In this document: in pieces, positions 19,906 to 30,378 of the stretch
Layout of the letters: each line of letters opens with the position of its first letter
Numbering within the stretch: the first letter of the stretch is position 1
Notes under the pieces: model-generated
What the model was told of the DNA's origin: nothing
The model's input: only the letters and a program-made list of their open reading frames with translations
Database searches by the model: none
Made by a program: the position numbers and the translations under genes
Assembly (NCBI GenBank): GCA_963729895.1
Contig: CAVSQB010000014.1
Span: forward strand, 11,002-75,001
Length of the DNA: 64,000 bases
Source: an uncultured Fibrobacterota bacterium
GTDB taxonomy: Bacteria > Fibrobacterota > Chitinivibrionia > Chitinivibrionales > FEN-1185
Reading direction: 5' to 3'

Positions 19906-20218
19906 AATGACCTCTTTTGATATGTATATCGTAAGTATACATATTTCGAACAAGAAAAGGCAACTATTGCTCTCGATTTTGCACACTTGTATCCTAAACC
20001 CCGCGGTGGGTGAAAAAACCGAGTACTTGGGGCAAGAACATTTTCCGTTCTAAATCCTGCCCAGGCACGGGATTCATGCCCGCATTATCCCGGAAGCGCA
20101 AGTTGTCGTTTTTCTTTTGCCTTTCGATCAATCTTAATAATAAAATCGTGTTGAGCACAAGACTGCCATCACAATCAAGTTGTCCTTACAGGTTTACGCC
20201 AAAAACAAGGGGCTATTC

Positions 20219-21031
20219 GTGAAGAATTATGTATTTCCCGCCATGCTGCTGTTTCTTCTGACCGTCCCTGCGAGCGCCGGGAAGATGACCATTGCCGTCA
20301 TGGACTTTCAGGCCAAGGGCATCGACACCATCGTTGCGCAAAACGTGTCCGAACTCATACGCGGGGAGATAATAAATGCCGGGATATTTACGGTCATAGA
20401 ACGCGCCCAGATGGGCGAGATACTAAAGGAGCAGGGATTTCAGCAATCGGGTTGCACGGACATAACGTGCGCAGTTGAAATCGGCAAAATATTGTCCGCC
20501 AATAAAATGCTCGTTGGATCAGTGATGAAAATAGGAGGTTCGATAATAATAGCAGGACGTGTTGTTGACGTGCAATCCGGCGTGGGCGAATTCAGCGAGA
20601 ATCAGGACTGCGAATCTGAAGCAAAACTGTTGAATGCAGTCAAACTCTTTACCGAAAAGCTCAACGCCAGGATACAGGGGAAACCAATTTCAAGCCCTTT
20701 GCCTGGCGCGGCATCCTCAAACATCGCTCCAGGCGATCAAGGTATCCAGAAAAACGTGCCGAGGCTGGAGGGATCCTATTTTGCATCAGGAAGAAATCCA
20801 AACGGCTCGACCTATACCGGTACGGTCCAAATTTCAAAGGGCAGTAATTCTTATCATTTCTTTTGGAAGATCGGCAATTCCGCCTATAATGGCATAGGAG
20901 TCCTGAAAGACAGAACCCTTACCGTTGATTGGGGACAGGACTCTCCGGTAATCTATTTGATCCAAGACGACGGCCGCCTTGTGGGGAAATGGGCCAATGG
21001 GACCGCGTCGGAGACACTCACTCCCGAGTAG
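20219..21031 (+). CDS. Secreted CsgG/HfaB-like domain protein with C-terminal beta domain
   Basis: Signal peptide; IAVMDF...VIERAQM..ILKEQGFQQSGC...CAVEIGK; C-terminal GxNPNGSTYTGTV domain. Confidence 0.75.
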   Translation: MKNYVFPAMLLFLLTVPASAGKMTIAVMDFQAKGIDTIVAQNVSELIRGEIINAGIFTVIERAQMGEILKEQGFQQSGCTDITCAVEIGKILSANKMLVGSVMKIGGSIIIAGRVVDVQSGVGEFSENQDCESEAKLLNAVKLFTEKLNARIQGKPISSPLPGAASSNIAPGDQGIQKNVPRLEGSYFASGRNPNGSTYTGTVQISKGSNSYHFFWKIGNSAYNGIGVLKDRTLTVDWGQDSPVIYLIQDDGRLVGKWANGTASETLTPE

Positions 21032-21247
21032 TAGATACTCTCTGGATTGACATCAGAAAGATGACTGTGCCGGCGGGTTATGCCCAGCAGAAGGTCCGGG
21101 CTTGCCAAGGGCGGCTCCGGGCCGCACCCGCTCAGCAATCCACACTCTTGTTTAGACGCGACACATCTTTAAGAAAGACGATGCAAACGCGCTATTGAAG
21201 TTCCGTATTGCCAAGTCCTTGACTAACCGCAAGACAGCAGCCCAACC

Positions 21248-23416
21248 CTACGGCATCCTTTGCACCTGCCCGCCGGCTCCCTTCTTTACCGGTTCCTCAA
21301 ACACCGGATATACGCCGATGGCCTGGCCGCTTTCGAGCGCGATGTCACGTTCGGTCTTCTCCTCGATCACGGGAATCCACACCCGCGTGCCAGGCATGAG
21401 CATTGACAGATCGGTATTCTTGTTGTACTTTGCAAACAGCCACAGCGGGATCTGGTCCTGCTCGTTGCACATGCTCCAGAGCGCCTCGCCGCGTTTGACG
21501 ATTTTCTGGCGCACGTCGGCGACCTTGTACCTGGTGTAGAAATCCTCCTCGATCGCCATATGGTATTCGAGACGGGCCTTTACAAAACGGGCAAGCTGTT
21601 CGGGGTCGGCCGGGATGGAAAGCAACCCGTTGATCCGGATTTCCGAACGCGGGCCCAGCCGGTTCATCTCGCGGATGCGAACGGCCGGAACGCCGAGCCA
21701 GTCCGCATAGTGGCCCACGGTTTCGTCCACCGAGACCTTGATTCTTGCGATATCGCCCGCAGGCGAAAGGGTTGCCTCAAGGTTGTAGCTGGAAACGTCG
21801 AATGCGGGAATCACGGCCGGAGTTCCCCCTTTTGAAAACTCGGGAAGCGTGTCGGCCTTGGCCATTGCCACGTCTCTCAGAGAATCCGAAATTGTCTCCG
21901 CCGGCGGCGATGACGGTTTGGGCGCTGCCGCTGTTTCCGCAACTGCCGGCTGCGGTTTGCCCGCCTTGAGCCGGACCTGTTTCTTGACAGACGACACTGG
22001 CACCGGCTCCGCAGGCGGCGAAACAGGACCAACCTGGGCCAGGTTTTCAGCCACGGTCGTCGACTCGGGCTGGCCCGGTGCGACTTCGGCGGGTTGCGCC
22101 GCGGAAGGTACCCTGAGCACTTGGCCCGCATAAATCCTGTCGCCGCGGGTGATATTGTTTTCAAGCGCGAGCCGGTTCACGGGCACGTCCATGCGGGCGG
22201 CAATGGTGTAGAGGTTGTCGCCGCGCTGGACGCTGTAATACTGGGAACGTTCGGGAGTCTCGCTCTTGAGCGAATCCGGCACGCCGGCCAGCACCTTTTC
22301 CGCTTCGGGTTGTTTGATGCCGGCGGGAATCCTTATTGTGAAGCCGGACGGAATCTGCTTTTGCTGGAAAAACACTACCGGCCGGAGGGCCGGGTTATAC
22401 TCCATGAGCGTTTTCTGGGATAGGTTGAGATACCTGCACACCACGGCCGGTTTCATGAACGACGGAAGCGTAATCGCCTTGAATTCGTACTTCGGCGCAA
22501 AATGCACGCCGGTGAAATATGCGTCGGGGTGTTTGGCTATGTCGCTTGCTGCAAGGAAGCAGGCGTAAAAATTCTTGGAAGCAAACTGGAACGAGGGACT
22601 GCAATAGTTTGTGATGATGGTGGATAAATCGCGCGACCTTACCGTTTCAACGGCGCGTTTCATGCCGTTCACTCCGTGATTGTAGGCAGTGATGGCGAGC
22701 GGCCATGACTGCAACTGGTCGTAGTTCTGTTTGAGGAGCCGCGCCGCGGCGATTGTCGCGGCGATCGGGTCGCGGCGTTCGTCTATGAGATAGTTGATTT
22801 TAAGGAATAGCCGTCCCGTTCCCCGCATAAATTGCCAGAGCCCTGCCGCGCCCACCTTCGAATACGCCTCGGTGTTGAACGACGATTCCACATGCGGCAG
22901 ATAGGCGAGGTCGGGAGGAATGCCGCGCTGCACAAAAATGGCGCGGATGGTATCGATGAAGGCGGAGGAGCGTTCCAATCCTTCGCGAAAGCGATCCTTT
23001 TGCCCCTGCTGAAACCGGACCCTTTCCCTGGCGCCGGAAAGACCGTTTGCAGGCGCGTGTTCCTTCAACAGGCGGTCAATGTCTTTTTCCTCCCGGGTCC
23101 ACAGGGACTCGGGCTGCGCTTTCAGGTTGTCAAGCTTCTTGGCAAGAGCGAGCTTCTCACTCTCGATATACCGGGACTGTGCGAAGACGGTGCGGTCCCG
23201 AAGATCGAGCTGCTTGTAGATGACCAGCGGATAGTCCCTGTCGTGCAGCACGCCTTCGGTAAGCGACAGCTCGGTGTAGACCTTCTTCCAGAACGCGACA
23301 TTATCCTTGAGCAAATCCGGGACGGCAAAAACGGCCGAATCGCCGGTCTGCGGAAATGCGCAGGAAAAGGCGCACGCGACACCCATAAGGATATGCATCA
23401 AGCGAATTTTCTTCAT
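21248..23416 (-). CDS. LysM-containing lytic murein transglycosylase (MltD-like)
   Basis: VESSF, GAAGLWQFM and AYNHG SLT motifs; LysM YSVQRGDNLYTIA...GQVLRVP. Confidence 0.9.
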   Translation of the reverse strand: MKKIRLMHILMGVACAFSCAFPQTGDSAVFAVPDLLKDNVAFWKKVYTELSLTEGVLHDRDYPLVIYKQLDLRDRTVFAQSRYIESEKLALAKKLDNLKAQPESLWTREEKDIDRLLKEHAPANGLSGARERVRFQQGQKDRFREGLERSSAFIDTIRAIFVQRGIPPDLAYLPHVESSFNTEAYSKVGAAGLWQFMRGTGRLFLKINYLIDERRDPIAATIAAARLLKQNYDQLQSWPLAITAYNHGVNGMKRAVETVRSRDLSTIITNYCSPSFQFASKNFYACFLAASDIAKHPDAYFTGVHFAPKYEFKAITLPSFMKPAVVCRYLNLSQKTLMEYNPALRPVVFFQQKQIPSGFTIRIPAGIKQPEAEKVLAGVPDSLKSETPERSQYYSVQRGDNLYTIAARMDVPVNRLALENNITRGDRIYAGQVLRVPSAAQPAEVAPGQPESTTVAENLAQVGPVSPPAEPVPVSSVKKQVRLKAGKPQPAVAETAAAPKPSSPPAETISDSLRDVAMAKADTLPEFSKGGTPAVIPAFDVSSYNLEATLSPAGDIARIKVSVDETVGHYADWLGVPAVRIREMNRLGPRSEIRINGLLSIPADPEQLARFVKARLEYHMAIEEDFYTRYKVADVRQKIVKRGEALWSMCNEQDQIPLWLFAKYNKNTDLSMLMPGTRVWIPVIEEKTERDIALESGQAIGVYPVFEEPVKKGAGGQVQRMP

Positions 23417-23438
23417 GGTAAGCGGGCGTTCCGGCCCA

Positions 23439-24791
23439 TCAAGTCTGCCCAAATCTCTTCATGAACGGGGTGATATCCGATGCCTCCTGCGGCCCCACCA
23501 GCACTTCCCAGCCGGGCATGGTTTCTTCGAGCTCGCCGGATATGGAGGCCACGTAACCCGGTATGATGATTGTCCGCGACGTGTACTGTTTGTCGACGTC
23601 CTTGCTCTTGAGGAACGCGCCGATCTTTTCGCCGCTGAACTTGCGGGCGGCCCACGCGGTGAGCACGCTCATTCCCTCCGCGTCTACAATGGCGAGGTGC
23701 ACGGGCACACCGGCGTTTTCCAGCTCGCCGCTCACCATGAAGTACGTGAGCGAAAAATTGGTGGTGACGACGAACGGGGCGTTCGGCGCGGCGTCTCCTA
23801 TTTTGTAAATACCGGCGTCCACCTGGATCGGCTTCTGGGGATCGGTGTAGATGTTCTGGCGCAGCATGAGCAGCGGCAGCAAGGCCTCTTTCTCGGGCCG
23901 GTCGAGCACCAGAAGGGACGCGTACTTGCACAGCACGCTCGACGCATCGGCGACCATTTCGGCCGCGCTTTGCCTGCCGGTGACGAAATTGACAATAGGA
24001 TACCCCAGCTGCTTTACCGAGGACGCGATGGCCGCCTTGCGCATGATCGTGTTGTTCTGCACCATGGCGGCGGCGTTGCCGGCGGGTATGTCGATCACGA
24101 TGTCGCGAAGGCCCATCGCGGCAAGACGGCCCGTCAGGCCGAAGGCCTCGTCAATGGTTTTTGCGGAGACGCAGACCGGTAGTTTCCGTTTGATCGAAAA
24201 TCCCGCAAGCTCCTCGACGGCGCCGCTTGTTATTGCGTGCAACAGCGGAACTCTCTCTGCAAGGGCCTGCGCGGACGATACCAGATTTTGCGCCGAGCCG
24301 CTTGCGAGCATGAGCGCACCCTTGAAATGCGCGCCGGCCGCCTGAGCAGCATCCGTAAATTTCTGTGCGTCTCCGCTTGCGTTGTTGATGCACAGCATGT
24401 CGACCCGCAGGGTCTCACCCACGCGTACGATGCAATAGGCTTCCATGTCCGAGGCGACCCGGACTATTTCGTCGTGCGGCATGGTGTCGTCGATCTGGAC
24501 TGCAATCGCGGTCTGGTGCACAAACGTCTTGTCGTGGCGGAACATCACGGTCTCGTTGCCGATCGAAACGCTGCGTTCCCCCGCGCCAATCGTCACAAGC
24601 CGGATCGGCGGCTCGCTTGCCGCGCCGATCACCTCTTTCGCCTCGCCCGACGCGTACGGGCACTGCGACAGCTCCGCGTTCTTCTGCGCGAGTTTCATGG
24701 CGAACGCCATGCACGTGGCAACCCCGCATTCGCCGCAGTTGGTTTTCGGGAGGAGCTTGAAAATGTCCATGCCGGTCAGTTTTTTCGCCAT
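23439..24791 (-). CDS. acsC: Corrinoid iron-sulfur protein large subunit (gamma)
   Basis: LPKTNCGECGVATCMAFA [4Fe-4S] motif; FRHDKTF, IYTDPQKP, TTNFSLTY and SVLTAWAA. Confidence 0.96.
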   Translation of the reverse strand: MAKKLTGMDIFKLLPKTNCGECGVATCMAFAMKLAQKNAELSQCPYASGEAKEVIGAASEPPIRLVTIGAGERSVSIGNETVMFRHDKTFVHQTAIAVQIDDTMPHDEIVRVASDMEAYCIVRVGETLRVDMLCINNASGDAQKFTDAAQAAGAHFKGALMLASGSAQNLVSSAQALAERVPLLHAITSGAVEELAGFSIKRKLPVCVSAKTIDEAFGLTGRLAAMGLRDIVIDIPAGNAAAMVQNNTIMRKAAIASSVKQLGYPIVNFVTGRQSAAEMVADASSVLCKYASLLVLDRPEKEALLPLLMLRQNIYTDPQKPIQVDAGIYKIGDAAPNAPFVVTTNFSLTYFMVSGELENAGVPVHLAIVDAEGMSVLTAWAARKFSGEKIGAFLKSKDVDKQYTSRTIIIPGYVASISGELEETMPGWEVLVGPQEASDITPFMKRFGQT

Positions 24792-24904
24792 GTTTGATTC
24801 CTTTATTCCAATTTATTTCTAATCAGCCTCTGGAGGGGGTAGCGGAAGACGCCGCGACCCCAGGCCGCGGTGGCTGGAGCAACGGGGAAACTTTCCCCAC
24901 CAGA

Positions 24905-27900
24905 TTACCCTCTATTTTCCATTTTATCAAGCACATGTTGTATCGTCTTCACCGCCTCCGGGTAGTACATGATCACCAGGTCAGCCCCTGCATTCACAAG
25001 CGCCATGGTGGCGCTGATCTCCAGGTTCGCTCCCCGCGTTCCGGCGTCTCCCCAGGCCGCGAAATCTGGGCCGCTTGCATTGGCCTCCTTGCACTTTGCG
25101 GTCTCGAACCCGATGGCGCAGACGAACGGCTGGCACAGCATGCCATCGCCGCCGAGCCCGGCAAGCCGGATGCGCTCCATCACCGAATAGGTGTATTCGA
25201 GGCCGTATCCGAGCGCGCCGGTCATGGGGTCAATCACTATTTTGTCCGGTTTTGTTCCCATGGTGGTTAGCAGAATGTTAAGCTGCTTCGCCATGTTGAC
25301 GTCGATGGGCGATTGCGCCACTACGCAATGCCCGTAGCCCATTGCCGCTCCGGCGATCGTTTTGTAATTGTCTGTTTCCACCCAGTTGAGCAGCAGGTTT
25401 TCGCCCGCGAAATCGGCCGCGATTTTCTTCATGACCTCGTTGCGCTTGTCAAAATGCGCCGGCCCGCTCACGACAAGGGGCACGCCCACGGCCTTGAGCA
25501 CGGCCGACACGGTATCGGCGGCGTGCTGCGGCGGGCGATTGCCTTTGTCGGGATGGCATCCGTCAAGCCGAATGCTGATGGCCTTTGCGCCCAGTTTTTC
25601 AACGCAATGGCGCGCCATGGCGGCCGGATCGGACAGCATGGCCCCGAAATACTCGCGGAGCGCCTGCGGACATTTTTCCGGCGGGGAGTCGAATACTTCC
25701 ATGGCAATCGCAACCGGGTGACCGGCCTCGCCTTCCATGTACCGGAACGGCAGGATCTTTCCCCCGCCGATCACAAGGCTGCTGGTGCGGGTACCGCTTC
25801 CGCCAAGCAAAACGGGCAGTACCTGTCCGGACAATGCCTCTTTCGCGTGAGTAAATTTTGTCGGGAGCGCGATGTCCGGCGCCGGTTCCCAAGTACTGCC
25901 CGAAGCTGCAGGTTTCCCGCCCGAGGTCAATCCGTGGAGCAGTGCCGCGGATTCCCGGATACCTTTGACCGCGCCGAGAACCTGCGGATCCAACCCGCCG
26001 GTTGACGCCATTCGCGACACGTAGGCCATCACCGCACGGATGTACGCAAGCGATTCGCCGACGCCTGCTGCGACACCGGGGACCGGCGGCACTACCAGCG
26101 GCTCTTCAATGGCAACGGCCTTTGGAGCTGCCGCGGACTGTCCGGCGTGGGCCGCCGGCGCGGGCTTTGTTTCCTTTGCAGCAACAGGAGCACCCTGCAG
26201 TGCATCGCGCGCGGCATCGGCTTTCTGCGCCTCGGGGCTTGGCGCGGTAATGTCCCACATCGCAAGCGCCGGGTGCTTTTTTCCTTTGAGAAACGAGAGG
26301 ATCGCTCCCGTGTCCACGCCCACGTTCTCGTCCGCTATCCTGTCAAGCAGATCGGGCCATTGCGTGCGCCCTGCCGCGATATCAAGATCCTCCTTCATCT
26401 GGATCTTGAGCTGCGACGGCATCCACACGATCCGTCCGAACCCGCCTTCCGCGGAAAGGAATTTCTTTGACAAGAGAAAACTTTTGCCGCAGCCGATGAA
26501 CCCGGGCGTCTGCTGGCCGCCGCCCACGTTGCCAGCGAGCGTGGAGAACTTCATGCCGAGCGGCGTATCGCCCGCATATTCGCGGTTTACTACGATGACG
26601 CCGTTGAGCTCCGGCGCCACGGCGCAGATGGCCTCAAAACACCCGCACGAGGTCATGGGGTTCTTCATGATTGAATACATGGTGATTTCTTCGACCGACT
26701 TGTTAGAATGCCGGTACACGTACTCGTTGATGTTCCGCCACACGCCGCGCACCGGGTCGAGCAGTTCTCCCTTGGTAAGCGGCTGGTTGGGGCCGGTTGG
26801 GTCTATTTCGTAGGCGGCCTTGCCGTCGAGCCAGTTGTATGCGCCGCACAGGCCGAGCCGCTCGGGCGTGATGACGCACACGTGGTTGGGGGCAAACGAC
26901 TGGCACAACAGGCAGCTGTAGAACAGGTCCACGTTTTCGTCGGTCATGGACTCCAGGCGCAGGTTGCGCTCGCGGTACACGCGCCGTGCCTCCGTGATGA
27001 GCTCCTCCACCTTGGCCGCGTCGGTGTACAAGGTGACCTGCACTTTGTCAATAATAGCCGGATAGTCGCTCAAATACTTTGCCCTGATGATCTCGCCCAG
27101 ATGCCTGATGCGGAACCCCTTACCGAACGCGTCTTTGCTGATGCGCACCCAGATGATGTCCCGCTGGCCCATGTGCCACACGCCTTCGGCGCCGTTGACC
27201 AGGTGATGCACTTGGCGCTCCATGATCGGCTCGAAATCTTGTTGCATATTGCGGCCCGCCACTTCTATCCAGATCGCAAGCGGCAGCTGGGTTCCGGGCG
27301 CAACGCCGTCCGCCTCTCTGCCCACCACCGTGATTTTTCCGTCCACAATCTCGCCCGGTTCCTTCATGGTGCAGTATTCGAACGCGGTGGTCCGCGTGCC
27401 GCCGAACTCTACGTGCACCTGCTCTTTGCGGATGCGCTCGCCTTCAAACGCGGACCCGTAGTTCACGGGGATGGGTACGTGCGTGACCTTCACCTTGCAG
27501 CCGCGCACGTCAAGCGCCTTTGAAACGATGTCGATAAGCGGCACGCTGCTCACCACGTGCTCGTACGTGCAGATGCCGGTTGGAAGTATCTGTGGAATGG
27601 CCGTGTTTGCAATGGTGGGAAATCCGTAGTTGATGCATCCCGCGGCCGCCGCGTATTTCTCCTCGTCAACCTCGCCCAGCGCGAGCACGAACGCGAATAC
27701 CCTGTTCTTGTTGTACGCAAGGTTCTTCTTGAAATCGCCCTTTTTGACCCCGCCGAACGACAGGGCGGCGCGGCTTGCGAATCCGAGCGCGTGGACCGCT
27801 GCGCTGATGTCTTTACCGAACGGGACCAGTCGAGTGGGCCATCCGAGCTCCACGCCTTTACTCGCGAGTTGCTCGGCAAACGACACGCCGTGAACATGTC

Positions 27901-28423
27901 CGGCCATAAATACATAGAGGTTCTTGCTCTGCAGGTCCCGCGCCAGCTTGACAGCAGCGTCTGCGTCGGGCGCGGCGCCGACCACGGCGGCGAAGCCGGG
28001 CGCGGAGCCGTCCACGAATTCCACGCCGCGCTCGCGCATGATGACGTCGTCCGCCGCACCGAGCCAAATGCCGTCAACGGGATCCGGGCCGATAACGGTC
28101 TTGCATGCCTCAATGGCTTCAAAGGCAAGGAGCGCGGCCATACCCGCGTCGAGCGTACCGCCCAGATACGGCAGCCAATGCGTTTCCCGCGGGAGCGGCG
28201 GAAGCATCTTTTTGCATTCGGCAAGCACGCCGTCCATCTGGCCGAGTGTGTTGATTTCCGCGCCGAGCATGGAATACGCAAGGGGAAGAAAATAACCGGT
28301 GTTGGGAAACGCCACCGGGCACTGCGAACCCTTTGCAGCAAGCGCCTCCTGCAATTTCTTCTGCGCGTGGTTTACAATGGAATGGGCCCCGCGTATGGCG
28401 GAGGCAGCTATAACCTTAGACAT
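24905..28423 (-). CDS. acsB-acsD: Acetyl-CoA synthase (AcsB) fused to CoFeSP small subunit (AcsD)
   Basis: About the first 730 aa are AcsB (FPNTGYFLP, GQRD, CLLCQSFAPNHVC, CGA, SCGCFE, HPAL); then an Ala/Pro linker; C-terminal AcsD (AQSPIDVNMAKQLN, DP.TGALGYGLEYTYSVMERIRLA). No stop codon between them. Confidence 0.95.
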   Translation of the reverse strand: MSKVIAASAIRGAHSIVNHAQKKLQEALAAKGSQCPVAFPNTGYFLPLAYSMLGAEINTLGQMDGVLAECKKMLPPLPRETHWLPYLGGTLDAGMAALLAFEAIEACKTVIGPDPVDGIWLGAADDVIMRERGVEFVDGSAPGFAAVVGAAPDADAAVKLARDLQSKNLYVFMAGHVHGVSFAEQLASKGVELGWPTRLVPFGKDISAAVHALGFASRAALSFGGVKKGDFKKNLAYNKNRVFAFVLALGEVDEEKYAAAAGCINYGFPTIANTAIPQILPTGICTYEHVVSSVPLIDIVSKALDVRGCKVKVTHVPIPVNYGSAFEGERIRKEQVHVEFGGTRTTAFEYCTMKEPGEIVDGKITVVGREADGVAPGTQLPLAIWIEVAGRNMQQDFEPIMERQVHHLVNGAEGVWHMGQRDIIWVRISKDAFGKGFRIRHLGEIIRAKYLSDYPAIIDKVQVTLYTDAAKVEELITEARRVYRERNLRLESMTDENVDLFYSCLLCQSFAPNHVCVITPERLGLCGAYNWLDGKAAYEIDPTGPNQPLTKGELLDPVRGVWRNINEYVYRHSNKSVEEITMYSIMKNPMTSCGCFEAICAVAPELNGVIVVNREYAGDTPLGMKFSTLAGNVGGGQQTPGFIGCGKSFLLSKKFLSAEGGFGRIVWMPSQLKIQMKEDLDIAAGRTQWPDLLDRIADENVGVDTGAILSFLKGKKHPALAMWDITAPSPEAQKADAARDALQGAPVAAKETKPAPAAHAGQSAAAPKAVAIEEPLVVPPVPGVAAGVGESLAYIRAVMAYVSRMASTGGLDPQVLGAVKGIRESAALLHGLTSGGKPAASGSTWEPAPDIALPTKFTHAKEALSGQVLPVLLGGSGTRTSSLVIGGGKILPFRYMEGEAGHPVAIAMEVFDSPPEKCPQALREYFGAMLSDPAAMARHCVEKLGAKAISIRLDGCHPDKGNRPPQHAADTVSAVLKAVGVPLVVSGPAHFDKRNEVMKKIAADFAGENLLLNWVETDNYKTIAGAAMGYGHCVVAQSPIDVNMAKQLNILLTTMGTKPDKIVIDPMTGALGYGLEYTYSVMERIRLAGLGGDGMLCQPFVCAIGFETAKCKEANASGPDFAAWGDAGTRGANLEISATMALVNAGADLVIMYYPEAVKTIQHVLDKMENRG

Positions 28424-30362
28424 CGAGGGCCCTTCTTTCTTTCATGTCAAGCAGCCGGCGCTCCCGTTTCTTGTTGATGCCAAGCGCCTCGCGTTTCTTG
28501 TCGATGTGGTCGAGGATGATTTTCACCTGCGTCTGCGTATGCGACCCCCACGCGAACCTTCCGCCAAACGACGATTCGAGCCCGCCGGTGAGAAGCTCAT
28601 TCAGCTTTTCCCCGCCGGTCACATGGAGCGGACTGCCGAGCAAAACCAGCATGCCCGACGCAAGGAAATAATGGCCGATGGCCACAGCCTTCTCGCTCAT
28701 CCACTCGGGTGCAGCGCCTGCGGCGGGCAGGTCGGAAATGTCTTCGCCGAGCCCGCCCTCGCTCAGCACGTCGCAGGCCGCCGAAAGGATTCTGCTGTTG
28801 TCAACGCATGATCCCATGTGCAGCACCGGCGGAATCCCCACCGCCTCGCACACCTCCGCGAGCCCCGGCCCGGCAATCTCTCGCGCGGTCTCCGGGGTAA
28901 GCAGGCCCGCCTTTGCGCAGGTGATCGCCGCGCACCCGGTAAGCAGCACGAGCACGTCATTCTTGACAAGTTCCTTCACCAGAGGCACAATCGTGCCGTC
29001 GAGGTTTTTCTTCGGATTGTTGCAGCCCACGACTCCCGCCACACCGCGGATGCGTCCGTCGATGATCGCGTCGTTGAGGGGACGAAACGAGCTTCGGAAC
29101 CTGCCGCCAAGCATCTCGTGGATGGCCCGGACGGAGAACCCGGCCACGAACTCCACGCGGTTGTCCGGAATCGTGACGCGGTCCGTCTTGCGGTTCTCAA
29201 AATTGTCGATCGCCATCTTGACAAGGGTCCTTGCCTGGTCGAATGCGCGCTCTTCGTTGAAATCGAATGTCTCAAACCCCTGCGTGTGCGCGAGCGGAGA
29301 TGTGGACAGGACCTTGGTGTGAAAGCAGCTTGCAACGAACCCGAGCGAGGGCATCACGCATTGCACGTCAACCAGCATCATCTCCACTGCGCCGGTCATG
29401 ACGGCAAGCTCCTGCTGCAAAAAATTGCCCGCCACGGGAACGCCGTGGCGCATGAGTATCTCGTTTCCGGTGCAGCACATCCCAGCAAGCTGTATGCCTG
29501 CCGCGCCCTTACTTTTGGCGTACTCGATCATGTCGTCGCTTTCGCACACGGCCGCAATGCAGTCGGAGAGAGTCGGCTCGTGACCGTGAACCACGATGTT
29601 CACCTTGTCTTTGGAAAGAACGCCGATGTTGACGGAACAGAGCACCGGTTTGGGCGTTCCGAACAGAATGTCGGAAACGGCGGTGGCGATCATGGACCCG
29701 CCCCAGCCGTCGGCAAGCGACGTTGTCAGCGACCCGCGCTCCACGTGGTCGAACGAATGGTCTACACCCATGTTGGACCGATGCAGGAGTTCCACCACGG
29801 AGTGGTCGATGCCGTGGGGTTCCACGCCGTTCTTCCGCCACACGGCCTGGCGCTTGACAGGCGCTTGTGCGAGGGTCTTGATGGGACCGGCGCTGTAGCC
29901 GAATTCCCGTTCCAGCACGTCGGCAAGGTCTTTGGCGATGTCGAGCGGCGCCCGTTCTTCTGTTTCTATTCCATACTGTTTCGCGACTTCCAGGAGTTTC
30001 CGTTCATCCGTTATCCTGTACGAATCGGTCTTGCCCTCAACGACCATCCTCAGTGTGTGCACAAGGTGTCGTCCGTGGTCCGAATGCGCCGACGTTCCGG
30101 CCGCCACGGCCCGGGAAAGGTTGCGCGCGGCAATGGTGTCCGCGTCCGCGCCGCAGGTACCTTTGGGCGTCTTGGCGGAAATCCTGCACGGACCCATGTT
30201 GCATATCTTGCAACATACGCCGTCAGAACCGAATTTGCATACGACATTGGCCGACGATCGGTCCCACACTGTTTCGATGCCGCGTTCACGCGCGGTATTT
30301 CGCATTTGTTTAGTTGCCGCGTCGGTGTCGGGCGAGCAGGCGTTTCCCAACGGTTTTGACAT
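28416..30362 (-). CDS. cooS: Anaerobic Ni-Fe carbon monoxide dehydrogenase catalytic subunit (AcsA/CooS)
   Basis: C.FG..GVCCKIC.MGPC, HSDH, HGHEP, CCTGNE, GCNN, TGCA, MGSCVDNSR and SEKA cluster-ligand motifs. Confidence 0.97.
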   Translation of the reverse strand: MSKPLGNACSPDTDAATKQMRNTARERGIETVWDRSSANVVCKFGSDGVCCKICNMGPCRISAKTPKGTCGADADTIAARNLSRAVAAGTSAHSDHGRHLVHTLRMVVEGKTDSYRITDERKLLEVAKQYGIETEERAPLDIAKDLADVLEREFGYSAGPIKTLAQAPVKRQAVWRKNGVEPHGIDHSVVELLHRSNMGVDHSFDHVERGSLTTSLADGWGGSMIATAVSDILFGTPKPVLCSVNIGVLSKDKVNIVVHGHEPTLSDCIAAVCESDDMIEYAKSKGAAGIQLAGMCCTGNEILMRHGVPVAGNFLQQELAVMTGAVEMMLVDVQCVMPSLGFVASCFHTKVLSTSPLAHTQGFETFDFNEERAFDQARTLVKMAIDNFENRKTDRVTIPDNRVEFVAGFSVRAIHEMLGGRFRSSFRPLNDAIIDGRIRGVAGVVGCNNPKKNLDGTIVPLVKELVKNDVLVLLTGCAAITCAKAGLLTPETAREIAGPGLAEVCEAVGIPPVLHMGSCVDNSRILSAACDVLSEGGLGEDISDLPAAGAAPEWMSEKAVAIGHYFLASGMLVLLGSPLHVTGGEKLNELLTGGLESSFGGRFAWGSHTQTQVKIILDHIDKKREALGINKKRERRLLDMKERRALDV

Positions 30363-30378
30363 GCATCCTCCGGATTAT

